Part shown: one piece after another, positions 61,936 to 64,000 of the stretch
How the letters are laid out: each line of letters opens with the position of its first letter
How positions within the stretch are numbered: the first letter of the stretch is position 1
NCBI RefSeq assembly: GCF_004010195.1
Contig: NC_057718.1
Span: 61,835,318-61,899,317, forward strand
Source of the DNA: Chiloscyllium plagiosum
Taxonomy: Eukaryota
Reading direction: 5' to 3'
Length of the DNA: 64,000 nucleotides
The notes under the pieces: model-generated
Told to the model about the DNA's origin: nothing
The model's database searches: none
The model's input: only the letters and a program-made list of their open reading frames with translations
Translations under genes and position numbers: made by a program

Positions 61936-64000
61936 ATTTGGAGGGTTCCAACGAAATTAAGTAAACTTACCACACAAATGCCCAAATACGCTTCTATCTC
62001 TACAAAACCCTTACATCGACTTGACCCCAATGAGACAAACCCTAAGGCCCAACATCCCTACTCTGGATCCAACATTACTTACCAAGATCCAAATCCAACC
62101 ACTCCTCAACAATTTGTGAGGAGAAATCCTTTCACCAGCTTCTGACCTGGCACCCATTTGCTTGCTCTGGACCCAGCAGTAATCTCCTTATCTCATAAGG
62201 GATGCTCAAAAATTGAAATTGTCATGATTCTTCACTGTTTTAGTATATTTTGTTATTAAAATAATCTGAAAAAAAATCAAGTATATAGAGTACTATCAAA
62301 AATCTTCGAAACACTAACCTAGTGTTTCTTCAAAAATCTTCAAAACCCAAACAACCCCCTTCCCCACCCTCCGGGAGTCAGCCCCCTAATCCAGGATTCA
62401 GCTTCAGACATAGCATCTCTTCCCCTCTCAGGGCCCAACGTCCTCACCACCCCTTCCCAGGATCTTATATTCCTTCCTCTGTGCTGGATACTCAGCAGCA
62501 CGGCCTCTCTCTGAGACTAAAACACCCCTCCCCCTCCCACTGTGTTCTGCCACTGACACACACCTTTCCTCCAACCCAACACCCACCCTCCCCTGCCCTT
62601 ATTGCATCTGATTACTAGACATTCCAACCACTGTAAACACTGGCATCACTTACCTGATCAACCTCTCCCTGCCATCTTACATCCAACCCACTTCACATCC
62701 TACCCATCTGGTACCCTAACCCCATATTACCTTATATACTTATAGTTTGACAGCAGTTCTCAAAGTGACTGTCAGTGATTCAGGACCTTCAAAGATCACA
62801 ACAGGACACCTGCAAAAAGGGGTATGGTTTACATTCTGTATTAAATACATCTGCAGGAGATTACTATTCCCTAGGAACCTAACCCAATATCTGCTTTTCT
62901 AAAAAGGGATTCCAGATCAAGGCTTAGCATTTTCTCGATGTTGACTTTGAGATCACAAAGGAAATCACAAGTCTGAGATCAAAATGAGGCTCGTTTCAAT
63001 TCCTCATGAACAATTGGACAATTTACAACTTCCTACAAGTTCCAGGGCAAAGTACACAATAAATAGGCAGATCAAGACTTTGTATTATTGGTATTTGACA
63101 CTGTCCACATTATTTTCAACCAATGTAACTCAAGTGGAATAAAAAAAGTTTAGGGTATGTAATGGTTTACAAAATATCTCTTTACATTTTCTACTCATGT
63201 GTGCCCAATAAATTCAACACATTGTGAATCCTACAACTTAAGCCTTCAATAGTGATTGAAGTTACTCCTAAGACATATATATGCATGATACATTTGGTGC
63301 CTCAGTGGACGGATGCATCATTCAATTTTGCACTCAACCATTAGAAAAGTTTAAGCACTAATTCCTAGTCTACAGTACTTTAACCAAAGACTTTTGAGTT
63401 AATAATGTAAACCATTACAATAGTCTTCAATTTATTTTTGATTTGCAATTCTCCCTACTGTGGAACAGGCTGCTGACATGAAATGTTTCAGCTAACATCT
63501 TGACAACTACCACTTGGACAAAGGAAGGACTGACAGCTCCTTAGCATTAGCCAGTATTTCAAGTGAGGGGATCACAGTGGAATCATGAATGCCACAAACT
63601 CCAGTAAAAATTGTTCTTATCTCTGCCACGATCACCACCTCCATCCTTTCACTCACTTCACCCCACTGATCTGTCATGCCATATGTCAAAGTTCCTACGC
63701 ACTGCAGTATTTTGAGTAAATCTGCACTACTTAATAAAGACTATAGCTGATTTAAAACTGTCTGGTTTTAAAAGGAAATTCTAAAATCAATTTGTTAAAT
63801 AGTTTAATCAATGACAAATTAAATAAAGGATCTGTCATGATGCCAGCAGGTATTGGCACAGCACAAAGCTGTGTACACACTGGACCTAGTCATTCAGATC
63901 CTGTTCTACAGGAAACAGCTGATGTTAAGCTAACAAAATGATCACTGAAGTTGATTTCAGATCTTCAACTGGGCAATTAATATACATGCTGGCCAAAATG

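Noticed and set aside
1..64000. CRISPR arrays, operons or other prokaryotic systems
   Set aside because: The sequence is eukaryotic; there are no regularly spaced repeats or gene-dense ORF structure.

Overview
Repeat-dominated, CpG-depleted vertebrate non-coding DNA (intronic or intergenic). The repeat inventory (HE1-type tRNA-derived SINEs, HER1/CR1-clade LINEs, Penelope-like elements) points to a shark genome; a carpet/bamboo shark is my impression only. I found no host protein-coding gene I can support. The long ORFs I can identify are decayed LINE APE/RT/SGNH-esterase fragments or Penelope RT/GIY-YIG fragments. Main points of interest: (1) Penelope-type terminal-repeat mini-elements carrying minimal type I hammerhead ribozyme motifs, including a pristine 221-bp insertion at 49192-49412 with a perfect 84-bp inverted repeat, 34-nt tail, 14-bp TSD and an apparently intact hammerhead core. 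(2) An old, apparently single-ORF LINE whose 5' end is a tRNA-like (Pol III box) head, plus a short element that seems to be its head+tail derivative. (3) Deep nested insertions at 15-25 kb, 39-43 kb and 46-50 kb. (4) A few unique-sequence candidates: a minus-strand TATA/first exon at about 13.5 kb and an ETS-RUNX motif cluster at about 53.7 kb. Family names come from motif recognition, not database searches, and boundaries of old repeats are approximate.
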